A DNA stretch of 64,000 nucleotides from Pristiophorus japonicus (Eukaryota), in NCBI RefSeq assembly GCF_044704955.1, contig NC_091995.1:49910001-49974000 (forward strand), read 5' to 3'. Below the pieces are notes generated by a model, which saw nothing but the letters and a program-made list of their open reading frames with translations, searched no databases and had not been told where the DNA came from. Within the stretch, counting starts at the first letter, position 1. Each line of letters starts with the position of its first letter. A program made the position numbers and the translations under genes. Below are positions 11,691 to 22,470 of this stretch, one piece after another.

Positions 11691-13180
11691 CTGATAGCAC
11701 GTTTCAGGAGGTGGTCACCCCGCAGCTTAAAAGTGTGCAGGCAGAGGGGAAGTGGGTGAACACCAGATGAAGTAAAAATGCCAGGCAGGTAGTGCAGGAG
11801 TCCCCTCATGAATCCATCTTGCTTTCAAACCAATATTCGCTTCTGAGCATCGGTGAAGGCGATGGTGCCTCTGGGGAGTGCAGCCAGAGCCAGTTCCGGG
11901 GGGGGGTGCGGCGGAGCGACGAAGAATAAAAGGGCTCCAATGATAGGGGATTCTATAGTTAGGGGAACAAAGATGCGTGTCTGCGGCCGCAGACATGACT
12001 GCAAAATAATATGGTGCCTCCGTGGCACCAGGGTCGAGGATGTCACAGAATGGACGCAGGGCATTCTGGGGGGAGAGGGTAAACAGCTAGAGGTCGTGGT
12101 CCATATTGGGACCAATGACATAGGTAGAAGTAGAGACGAGGTTCTACAGGCAGAAGTTAGGGAGTTAGGAAGAAAATTAAAGGATAGAACCTCAAAGGTA
12201 GTACTCTCCGGGTTACTATCTGTGCCACGTGCTAATCAGTACAAGAATAGAAGGACCGAGAGGATGAACATGTGGCTGGAGAGTTGGTGTAGGAGGGAGG
12301 GCTTTAAATTCTTGAGGCATTGGGACCGCTTCTGGTGGAGATGGGATCTGTACTAACCAGACGGATTGCACCTCAACAGCAGTGGGACCAATATCCTCAC
12401 AGGGAGTTTTGCTCGTGCTGCTGGGGAGAGTTTAAACTAGCTTGGCAGGTGGATGGGAACCTGAGAACATATTCAATAGGGAAGGAAGTAAAGCAGAGAT
12501 TGGATAGCAAGAATTTAGAAAGTGAATCTGTAAGTCAGAGGAAACAAGGGTTAGTAAGTAGTAATCAAGGAGGTCTTCCTGTGTTAAATGGTATCAACAT
12601 TAATGTAAGTGGCATAGCAAATAAGGCGGATAAGCTAAGAGCACAGGTAGATACTTGGGAGTATGACATTATAGCCATTACAGAGACAGGGCTGAAAGAG
12701 GGGCAGGTTTGGCACATCAATATCCCTGGTTATAAGATATTTAGACAAGACAGAGAGGTCTAAAGGGGTGGGGGGTCACGGTATTGATTAAATAAACTAT
12801 TACAGTGGTGAGGAGGGATAATATGTTAGAGGGATCATCAAATCAGACCATTTGCGTCAAATTGAAAAATAAAAGAGGGCGATCACACAGCTGTGCATGT
12901 ATTATAGACCCCCAAATAGTGGCAGGGAAACAGAGGAGCAATAATTTAGGCAAATTGGTGTGAAGTCCAAAAATCATAGGGTAGTAATAGTCGGAGATTT
13001 TAATTATCCTAATATTGATTGAAACAAATATAATGTGAAGGGTATAGAGAAAGCAGAATTCTTAAAATGCATTCAAGAGAAATGTATTAGTCAGTATGTA
13101 ACAAACCCCACACGAGAGAGGGCGGTTTTGGTTTTAGTTTTGGGGAATGAAGCTGCGCAGGTAGAATGGGTATTAGTGGG

Positions 13181-13741
13181 TGTTTTGGATCAATAATAAT
13201 AGACCCAGGTTCGGGATCTGGATGAATGTTAAATAATAGACAAGACAAATGAAGTAAAGAATAAGATACAGTTTACTGAGAGAAAAGAAACATTAATAAT
13301 ACAATTTACGAAGAAAAGAGAAGTATGATAAGATGCAACAATGCTCACGGCCTTCCGCCCATCGGGAACTTCACAAGTGACGGCTGGTCTGGAGCATTGG
13401 GGGTCCCGGCACCGCTCGCGAATCATGGTCCAAGGTGAAGTTCAAAGAGCTGCGGGACAGTACTGTACCTTTATTCTATCAAATAAACACACTATTGAAC
13501 AAAACATGGGTGCATGTGGCTTATGGCCAACTCCTAATCTGTAAGGCCCCAGGTGCTTGTCCACAAAGCATGAGACCTCAAGCCGCGGACTGTCTCCTAA
13601 CAAGCTGGTGTGCGTCCCAAGGTCACTTCCCTCTCTCTCTCTCGAAATAGCAACAACATTCTACGGGGCATGGGAGCAGAGACACCCTATGAATGGCTAA
13701 ATATCATAATTAACAATATGTGATTAACCCCATACAATACA
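13181..13741 (-). repeat. 3' LTR of the provirus
   Basis: Direct repeat of 19004-19563. Polypurine tract AAGGGTGGAT (minus strand, 13742-13751) abuts it. Confidence 0.95.
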
Positions 13742-13765
13742 ATCCACCCTTGATATTTAGACATT

Positions 13766-14088
13766 CTAAGTAATATAATCAAGTTGAAGGCGTAATGCAT
13801 CAATTACACGTTGAGTATGCGCAAGCAACGCCCGCAATCTACACCTAAGAATACATACAAGCAGTAATATCGCGACGAGTAAAACAACGATCAGTGTTAG
13901 CTTTTAGAAATTGAGCTTAGCGAGCTAGGTCTACAGTGGGAGGAAGGTTAGTAATTGTCTTGCGTACGATCAGTGTTAACTAACCGCCACCCTATATGGC
14001 CGTCCCATGCTGTGTTTGAGGATGGAAGTAGCATAGCCACAGATAACGAGACACAGAGACTGGCCAGCACAAGCTGGTAAGTCGCCAT
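13766..14088 (-). pseudogene. env: env relic: signal peptide plus transmembrane anchor/cytoplasmic tail, ectodomain absent
   Basis: Minus-strand acceptor tgtgcttcctcccacAG (14103) just after the pol stop, then aaaATGG at 14088 giving MATYQLVLASLCVSLSVAMLL. In another frame LTLIVVLLVAILLLVCILRCRLRALL...DYIT* ends just before the PPT. Confidence 0.65.
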
Positions 14089-14130
14089 TTTGGGCAGAAT
14101 TCCTGTGGGAGGAAGCACAGGTATGTTAAT

Positions 14131-17100
14131 TCAGCCCCGTTTAGTCAATTTACCCTTGTCAACACAGAGAGGAATATCTTGACCAGTCAGGAGCATCCAA
14201 TAAGTGTTTCCTTCTCCTTTTGCTAAGATTTTCCCTGCTTGTAAGGGTTTCTGGGGGTATTGCACCCACACTTTTCCTCCTTCACAAACTGTGTCCTGAG
14301 TCCGATTTCCTTTTTCAAAAGTAGGGATACTAACTTTGCCTAACATGTGGCTTATGGGGGTTCCCCCCCGCAATGGTCGGTGATTCAGATTGCGCACTGC
14401 TTGTAGTAAGACCTTTAACCACCCTTGCAATGTGTTAGTGGGAATTAATATTTTAATCTGTTGCTTAAGTAGTCCATTCATGCGTTCTATCAACCCTGCA
14501 GCTTGTGGATAGTAAGGTATGTGAAACCTCCAATAGATCCCGTTGTCTACCACCCATTGTTGCACTGTTTGACCTGTGGAGTGCGACCCATTATTGGACT
14601 GTACTTCTGCTGGCTCACCGTAATATGTGATTAAATTCTCCAGTCCTTTAATCGTACTTTGTTGACTCGCTTTAGTCACTGGGTAAGCTATCAAAAGTCC
14701 AGAATAGGTATCAACAGCAGTGAGCAAATATTGGAACCAGTGTTGCAATGGTAAAGGTCCTACATAATCAACTTGCCATATTTGTCCTGGTTGAATCCCT
14801 CTCTTAGGGCCCAAGTTTTGGGCCGCGCCTAGAACGGTGCAGCCCAGACCTGGACGCCCGTTTTTTGTGCCACAAAGTGCGCCTAAAAAAAAACTCACCT
14901 CTTCTCCGGCTCCCTGCAGGTCCTCTGGAGCTGGGCGCAGCGCAGCATGAGCTGTTGGGGACGGAGCCAGGTCCCGGCGCTGAAAACAGTGCCGAGACCT
15001 CTGCACATGCGCGTTACAGTCGGCATGCATGTGCAGTAGCTTCAGGCGCCCACAACTGTGGGAGGGGCCCGAAGCACACAGCCCCTAGCCCTGGCCGAAT
15101 GGCCTCACTGGGGCTGCGTGGATAAGGCTCACCTCCCACGTCCAGCTCCCTCCCGACCAGACCCGACTTGACTCCCGCCCCCCCGGACCCGACCCGACCT
15201 GACCTACTATCTCCCCCCACCAACCTCTGCTCCCTGCACCCCCCCCACCCCCCGGTGACCCGACCTCCGCTCCCCCCACCGGCGACCCGACCTCTGCTCC
15301 CCACCCCACCCCCCGGCGACCCGACCTCCCCCCCCCCCCCCGGACCGGACCGGACCCGACCCCCGCTCCCCCAGACCCGACACCCGCTCCCCCCCCCCGC
15401 CGGCAACCCAACCTCCGCTTCCCCCCCCCAGCTACCCGACCTCCGCTCCCCCCCCCACCCCAACCTCTGCGACTCTTTCCCCCCCCGATCTCCGCGACTC
15501 ACCTCCGCGACTCTTTCCCCCCCCTGCCCCCCCAACCTCCGCGACTCCTCCCCACCCCCACCGCGACCTCCGCGACTCCCCCACCCCCGACCTCCGCGAC
15601 TCCCCCCCTGGACCCGGGACCCGACACCCGACGCCACCTACCTGTAAATCCAGCCCGAAGTCTTGGGCCCGGCCCGTTCAGCCTCCTTCTCCCTCCCTGC
15701 CTCCTACCCCCCACTCTTCTCCTCCTCCTCCTCCCCATCTCCTCCTTCTTCTCCTCCCCATCTCCTCCTTCTCCCCCCACTCTCCTCCTTCTTCTCCCTC
15801 CCTCCCCTCTCCTCCCCCTCTACCTCCCTCCTCCCCCCTCTACCTCCCTCCTCCCCCACCCCCCTCCCCTCGCTGTCAGAAACATAGACACTGACAGACA
15901 GAGAGTGAGAGACACACAGACAGGCAGAGAGATAGAGACACTGACAGCGACACACTGGGGAGGCCGTCCCAGCACACTGTTGGAGAGCTCCCAGTGCTGC
16001 AGTCGGTAAGTAGAAAATGTTTTATTTATTGATTTTTTAATTAAAAATTGTTTTATTAATTTTTTTTTGATTGATTTTTTGGTTGATTTATTGATGAATT
16101 TATCATTTATTATTGATGATGGCTCTTTATTTGTAAAACTGAAGTGTTTAATGTTTGTAAACTTCCCTTTAAACCGCGCCCCCCCCATTCCCTACGCCTG
16201 ATTTGTAACCTATGCCTGATTTTCTAAAGTGTAGGCAAGGTTTTTCTGAGCGTACAAAAATCTTCACTTACTCCATTCTAAGTTAGTTTAGAGTAAGTTT
16301 TCACTGCCTAAACTTTCAAAACGAGTGTAAGTGGCCGGACACGCCCCCTTTTGAAAAAAGAAATCTGTTCCAAACTGACCAGAACTGGAGCAAACTAAAT
16401 GCCGAGAATTCAAATTTCTAAGATACTCCATTCTGGACCAGTTGCTCCAAAAAAACAGGAGCAACTCAGGCCGAAACTTAGCCCCATAATATGGTCATTG
16501 TAGGGGAAAATGCTTCACCTTTTGACAAATTTCAGAGGTGTTTATGATCTGTTTTGAAATGTAACCCCCTATTTCGTGCCCATTGTATCATACCTCGAAT
16601 GCCCAAATGTCCAGATTTGTGGTGGGCCCATTTGCCTAAGCCATATTCTTCCTCTTCTGCCTCTTTGACAGCCCATGCCCGGATTATATTATCAACGGTG
16701 TTATTATATTCAGAGGTCTTTGAAGTGTTTTTCATGTGAGCGTTCACATGATATACAGTTATTTTCATCTTCTGGGCTTTGGACCATATTTGTTCCCATA
16801 GTTGCTTTCCCCACAAGTCTTTCCCAGTTATTTGCCAGTTATGTTTATGCCAGTTTCACATCCAGCTCGCCATGCCATTGGCTACCGCCCATGAGTCAGT
16901 ATATATGTGTACTTGTTGCTGTTCCTTTTCTAACGCAAGGACGACAGCTGCTAGTTCTGCTAGCTGGCTGAAGCCTCCCATGCCCTCATCATGCACAATG
17001 GTCTGGGTTTTTGGATGGAAGGCAGCAGCTCGCCATCGCTGAAGGCCATTTTGCCAGACCGCTGAGCCATCTGTGAACCAGGCATGGCTACGCTCTTCAG

Positions 17101-17533
17101 GTGTTAACTGTTCAAAAGACATGCCCCAGGAGATTGGTGACTCCTGGGTTAAACTGACAGATGACTGTGTAAGTTCACTCTCAGCTGTTTGTGGGTATTC
17201 AGCCACATGCTCATGTAGTTGGGTGATTCCTTCTATTCCTTTACTTGCTATGTCTACGATATTCCATCTCCAGCGCACTATGGAGCTTTGCTGCACTCGC
17301 CCAACCTTGTGTGTCTCATTGACCAGGCCGATTACCGCATACCACTCCGCACCTTCTTCAGACAGCCGCTGTGTTATAGTTACTACATCTGGGACAGCGG
17401 TTGCCAGGGGAGGGGCAAATTTGTTCAGTTTTCGATAGTCCACAGTCATCCTCCAACTTTCGTCGGGTTTCTGCACAGGCCAAGCAGGACTATTGTAGGG
17501 GGACACCGCATGTCTAATGATACCCGCCCCCAA
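14131..17533 (-). pseudogene. pol: pol remnant: RT N-terminus, connection/RNase H, integrase (interrupted by a Harbinger-like element)
   Basis: RT stops at WYAVI and joins directly to the connection domain, so no YxDD. RNase H motifs present. Integrase WAHHKSGHLG at ~16600-16630, core at 14131-14806 with the second Asp altered (VQSNNGSH). Confidence 0.88.
14807..16485. mobile_element. Non-autonomous PIF/Harbinger-like DNA transposon with internal C-rich minisatellite, inserted in the ERV integrase
   Basis: Imperfect TIRs GGGCCCAAGTTT / AAACTTAGCCCC with flanks TTA (14804-14806) and ATA (16486-16488). Excision restores the integrase reading HIKRGIQPGQIWQVDY. cccgacc-type repeats at 15150-15870. 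Confidence 0.8.
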
Positions 17534-17790
17534 GAGCCCTTGTATGGTTTTCTGTATAAGGTCTGAAGACTTCCCACATACAGGACAACACTACGAAGGG
17601 TTAAAAAAACCTTCACTCTGTTTGAAAAAGTGGTTGGAGCTAAAACAAACAGGCAGCTCCACTATTTTTCCAAACAGGCTTTCAGACACGTGAAAAATTC
17701 ATTCTGCAGTCAAAACATGACAAAAGCGCTTTCATTCACAGACAGACATTCACAAAGTCTTTCTTCATTCAACAAAGCTTATTATGTTTA

Positions 17791-17809
17791 CTCCCCTGCC
17801 AGGTAAGTA
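17791..17809 (-). ncRNA. U1 snRNA 5'-end fragment (19 nt exact, not a functional gene) embedded in the provirus
   Basis: Minus strand TACTTACCTGGCAGGGGAG equals nt 2-20 of vertebrate U1, followed by weak further similarity (TAAACATAAT vs ATACCATGAT). Confidence 0.6.
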
Positions 17810-18900
17810 ATCGGAATGTATGGCCTCAGATCCCCAGGAGATTAGGTTGATGTGGTTCTAACTGGGAGTGCTCCCGGATCCCGGGCACACCCCGAGTCGA
17901 GGGGATCTTCTACATCCTCGAACATGTCCTAACAATAGGCAGGCGTGCCCCACCTGCTGCCCTTGGGCTGGTCCCAATAATGCGAGTAGTGCACCCTCAT
18001 CATAGGAGGGCCACTCTTCATCAGGCTGCTCCACATTCCTGTCGTAAAGAGCTCCTGATCTGGCCCACCAAATTGTTGGTGATATATTCCTCCCTGTGTT
18101 GCCATGTTGTGCAACTGTATTGCACCCTCCGCCACAGTATTCCAAGGTTTTACCTCCCCTTCCCAATCAACGGCAGAGGGATATTTTTGCCAGAGCCCGA
18201 TAGTAACCAATTCTTGTAACTCACTAGTGGTGAAGTCATACATCCCTCTAGTGGTTACCGGCTGTTCCCCATCTTGCTGTTTCGTCTTATTTGTCATAAG
18301 GGGTCTAGCTTCTGTGCTTGGAGCGTATGGGGGAGGGTCTTTAGTTTCCTTCCGTTCCCCCCCCCCTCCATTTTTTCCAGCTTGTATACATTCCCCACAT
18401 GACTTTGCATGGGCTTTTAAATACTCACTGGGATCGGATTGAGCAAGCCCATACCACATTCAGCAGCAAATACAAAATATATATTTCAAATCCAGCTGTA
18501 ATTTCCGTCGTCTAGCTTTCTTTTTATTTTGTACTGTCGGCAGACGGCATATTAAAGTTTCTGATCGTTCATTGACCTTGTCCGCCAGCTCTTGTGCAGT
18601 GCAGACCACTTCAGTCAGGGTCAAGTTTTGACTTTCCAAAACCTTAACAGCTGTTTTTAACTGTAGGTTTTCTTCCTCACTTTCCTTCAGTTGTTTACAC
18701 ATCGCCCTTAGGGTATCAACAAAATCCATCCCATTTGTGGGGGACTATTTTTCTCCTGTGGGAAGCCTGCTTCCTCCAGGAGAGACAGTACCGCGTGGGG
18801 TATAGTTCTATCTTTGTTCTGTTCCAATAACGGCGTATCCCCATGTTGCGGGAGTCCAAATCAGGCTAGCACCTTGGCAAGAGAGCCAAAACCCTCATCC
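17810..18900 (-). pseudogene. gag: gag remnant (coiled-coil N-terminus, PPPY late-domain motif, capsid fragment)
   Basis: Lies immediately 3' of the PBS. Fragments LKESEEENLQLKTAVKVLE, DPPPYAPS, YDFTTSELQEL and WNTVAEGAIQLHNMA; frameshifted. Confidence 0.75.
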
Positions 18901-18982
18901 CTCGTGCTCCACCCTGGTATTCTATACTTCACCCCAGTAGGAGGAGACTACTTCTTGTCTTTTCTCTTAAACATTTTACCAG

Positions 18983-19000
18983 ATCCTGTTTGTCACGCCA
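18983..19000 (-). promoter_or_regulatory. Primer-binding site, tRNA-Ser(CGA)-like
   Basis: TGGCGTGACAAACAGGAT lies 3 nt after the 5' LTR, a 16/18 match to the complement of the vertebrate tRNA-Ser(CGA) 3' end (ATCCTGTTCGTGACGCCA, from memory). Confidence 0.75.
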
Positions 19001-19003
19001 AAA

Positions 19004-19563
19004 TGTTTTGGATCAATAATAATAGATCCAGGTTCGGGATCTGGATGGATGTTAAATAAGAGACAAGACAAATGAAGTAAAGAATAAGATACCATTTACT
19101 GAGAGAAAAGAAACATTAATAATACAGTTTACGAAGAAAAGGGAAGTATGATAAGATGCAACAATGCTCACGGCCTTCCGCCCATCGGGAATTCCACAAG
19201 CGACGGCTGGTCTGGAGCATTGGGGGTCCCGGCACCGCTCACAAATCATCCAAGGTGAAGTTCAAAGAGCTACGGGACAGTGCTGTACCTTTATACTATC
19301 AAATTAACATACTATTGAACAAAACATGGGAGCATGTGGCTTATGGCCAACTCCTAATCTGTAAGGCCCCAGGTGCTTGTCCACAAAGCATGAGACCTCG
19401 AGCCGCGGACTGTCTCATAACAAGCTGGTGTGCATCCCAAGGTCGCTTCCCTCTCTCTCTCTCTCGAAATAGCAACAACATTCTACGGGGCATGGGAACG
19501 GAGACACCCTATGAATGACTAAATATCAGAATTAACCCTATGTGATTAACCTCATACAATACA
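19004..19563 (-). repeat. 5' LTR of the provirus
   Basis: Direct repeat of 13181-13741, adjacent to the PBS. Confidence 0.95.
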
Positions 19564-21674
19564 GTGGGAGAGCACTTGAGTGCCAGTGACCATAATTCAG
19601 TCAGATTCAAGTTAGTTATGGATAAGGATAAGTATAGGCCTGGAATAAAATCCCAAGTTGGGGAAAAGCTACTTTGGTAAGTTGAGGAGTGATTTGGTTA
19701 TGGTGGACTGGAAACAGCTACTTTTAGGTAAATCAGTGTTAGAACATTGGGAGGGAGGCATTCAAGGAGGAGATCCAGAAGGCTCAGGCCAAACATGAAC
19801 CCTTAAAGATAAAGCATGGGAATAACAATTCTTGAGCCCCCTGGATGTCTAGTGACTTACAAGGGAGGATAACATAAAAAAAGGGAAGCTTATGTCACAT
19901 ACCGACTGCTAAATACTATAGAATCTTTGGAGGAATATAGAAAGTTAAGAGGTAACATTAAAAAGGATATTAGGAATGCTAACAGAGCATGAGAAATTCT
20001 TGCCTAGTAAAATGAAGTGGAACCCAAAGATGTTCTATAAATATATTAATAGCAAGAGGATAACTAAAGAAAGGTTAGTGCCTATTAGAGACCATGAGTG
20101 TAATCTTTGTGTAGAGGCAAAAGATGTTGGTATCGTTCTCAAAGAACACTTTGCATCTGTTTTAACAAAGAAAAGGGGGTAACCAAGACGGCCGATGTGG
20201 GTAGTGTGTATGATGTACTGTATATGGACTTTAAAAAAACTGGTCATGAAGGTTAAAGCCCATGGGATCCAGAACAATGTGGCTAGTTGGATCCAAAATT
20301 GGCTTAGAGATAGGAAGCTACGTGTAATGGTTGATGGATGTGTTCGTGACTGGAAAGATGTTTCCAGTGCGGTTCCGCAGGGCTCAGTACTGGATCCCTT
20401 GCATTTTGTGGTATATATCAATGATTTAGATTTGAATATAGGGAGTATGATTAAGAAATTTGCAGATGATACTAAAATTGGCTGTGTGGTTGATAATGAA
20501 GAGGAAAGTCATGGATTGCAAGAGAGTGAGCAGAGCAGTGGCAAATGGAATTTAATTCAGCAAAGTATGATGTCATGCACTTTGGGAGGGCTAATAAGGA
20601 AATAAGGAAAGGCTATACATATTAAGCGGTAGGCCACTTCATACTGTAGATTAACAACGGGTTCTTGGAGTGCTTGTCCACAGATCCCTGAAAGTAGCAG
20701 GCCAAGTGGATAAGGTGGTTAAGAAGGCATACAGAATGCTTGCCTTTATTGGCCGAGGCATCGAATACAAGATCAGAGAAGTTATGCTCAAATTGTATAA
20801 CACTCTGATTAGGCCACAGCTGGATTACAATATGTAGTTCTGGTCACCATATTATAATAAGGATGTGATTGTACTAGAGAGGGTGCAGAGGAGATTTACT
20901 AGGATGCTGCCTGCAATGGAAAATCTTAGCTATCAGGACAGATTGGATAGGCTGGGTTTGTTCTCATTGGAACAGAGGATGTTGAAAGGAGACCGCATTG
21001 AGGTGTTCAAAAGTTTTGAGGGCCCTGGATATAGTGGATTGCAAGGGCCTATTTCCATTATGAAGGGGCATAGTTTTAAGAAGGTTGGTGGAAGGTTCAG
21101 AGTAGATTTGAGGGGGACTTCTTCACACCGAGGGTTGTACGTTTCTGGAATTCACAGCCTGGAAGGGTGATGGATGCAGCAACACGCACCACATTTAAAA
21201 CGTGCTTCGATGGGCATTTAAAGTGTTGCAATCTGCAGAGTTATGGACCTCGAGCTGGTAATTGTGGGTCAGCTGCATAACCTCTTGTTCGCTGGCGCAG
21301 ATATGATGCTAAGTACTGCTGGGAATCGAATGCGGTCAGGGTGATCTCCTGGACTCGTTTGGATCGACTGAATGGGTCAGAGAGGAATTTTCCCAGATTT
21401 TTTCCCCACTTGGCCTGGGTTTTTATCTTTTTTTCCTCTCTCAGGAGATCGCATGGCTCTGGTTGGGGTAGAGTGTAGAATGTTTCAGTGTAAGGGATAT
21501 CAGAGTTGTGTGAGGCGGACTGGTTGGCTGGGTGCTCTTTACCTTTCCACCATTGTTCATTTTTCAAAGCTTTATATGTAACCTTCAGGGCTGCTGACCG
21601 AGGGCCGTGCGGCTCTTTGTCGGCCGTGTGGACACAATGGGCCCCAATGGCCTCCTTCTATGCTCTAAATTTCT

Positions 21675-21760
21675 ATGATCTGAAGAATATGATTAGCCGC
21701 CTCCAGGCTCCACTAACGGATTCATTTACCTAAGTTAAATAGCTTCATAGAATTAAAGAA
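21675..21760 (+). pseudogene. GPCR C-terminal relic split by the CR1 insertion (joins 10320-10333); second copy at ~25970-26030
   Basis: Joining across the TSD gives FRDDLKNMISRLQAPLTDSFT*VK*LHRIK, versus FREELKNVIMWPKAIITYLIKLVKCLHRTE in the open paralog. Confidence 0.65.
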
Positions 21761-21767
21761 AAACAAC

Positions 21768-21947
21768 GGGGATTTTAACTTTGGGAAAGTGTGCAAATGT
21801 GGCCATATGGAATTGCGTGTCCATTATGCGCCCCACCTAAATTTCCCTTCCATTGACTTCAATGGAATGAACAAACAGGCGCAATGCATAAAGGGAGCGA
21901 ATTTGGGATCATCAATTTTACACTATCGCCCAAAGTTAAATTTAATC
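21768..21947. mobile_element. Palindromic ~180-bp MITE-like repeat with core TTCCATTGACTTCAATGGAA; paralogous copy at 26052-26230
   Basis: Termini ATTTTAACTTTGGG / CCCAAAGTTAAAT and a central near-palindrome at 21848-21867. Related copies recur through the window. Confidence 0.7.
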
Positions 21948-22249
21948 AATTCCTTCTCCCAACCATAAAAAAGTACTTCAATAGAAATTACTTATGCACA
22001 CAGGAATCTCCCGTTGAATTGCTCACACTCAGTGGAAGCATGTGCCGCGGAGCTTTGTGTTTCTGCATTTCCAGCCTGGTTTTATTATCAAATAAACCGA
22101 ATAAATGGGGATGAGAAGTCGAGAGTGCTCAAACTGAAAATACTAGCCATGCGATTTGGAGCTACAGATGGGATATTCTCAAAAAGCTTGCTAACTGCCT
22201 GCACCTCTGGGAACCTGGGCCTCTACACAGGCGTACACTAACAGTGTTT

Positions 22250-22470
22250 ATATGTGTTTGCAGATACTCAATTTATGAAAGCAAATTATAACAACTCTTT
22301 CACCATTGCGGAACAATCCGGGTATATGCTGAGGTGTTTGAGTTCTTGCACAAAACATGTTTATTTATGCAGTGTCCCAGAGCAAGCTCAGAGAGGAATT
22401 GAAGAATGTGCTTCGGCATCCCCTGGCTTTCATTACTAATTTAATCAAAAATGTTAAACTAAAATGGAAC
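22250..22470 (+). pseudogene. 3' fragment (ECL3-TM7-tail) of a GPR139-like GPCR paralog
   Basis: DTQFMKANYNNSFTIAEQSGYMLRCLSSCT aligns to 1781-1870. There is a +1 frameshift at acaaaacatg, and no 5' part. Confidence 0.9.

Larger units (their letters stand above)
13181..19563 (-). mobile_element. Defective class III (ERV-L/ERV-S-like) endogenous retrovirus, LTR-gag-pol-(env relic)-LTR
   Basis: Two ~560-bp LTRs (13181-13741, 19004-19563), TG...CA, about 95% identical by eye. TSD GTGGG (13176-13180, 19564-19568). PBS and PPT present. pol motifs SPYNSPAWPVQKPDESWRMTVDYRKLN, WFTDGSA, YTDSWAVANG, WQVDYVGPLP, YYPQAAGLIERMNGLLK. Confidence 0.93.
10334..21674 (+). mobile_element. Near full-length CR1 LINE (satellite head, ORF1 SGNH-esterase, ORF2 EN-RT), split by the provirus
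   Basis: ORF1 IGDSIVRG..CLRGTRV..VVVHIGTNDIG..DGLHL (11700-12400); endonuclease DIIAITET, VGDFNYP; RT VPQGSVL, KFADDTK. Candidate TSD ATGATC at 10328-10333 and 21675-21680. Confidence 0.85.

Noticed and set aside
15014-15955. Pro-rich and Gly-rich ORFs (extensin/formin-like)
   Set aside because: Translations of the C-rich minisatellite inside a non-autonomous transposon.
22250-22263. tgtgtttgcag as a splice acceptor for a third GPCR exon
   Set aside because: The homologous position in the open paralog (gtgcaatttacag) is mid-exon coding sequence, and the fragment is frameshifted.
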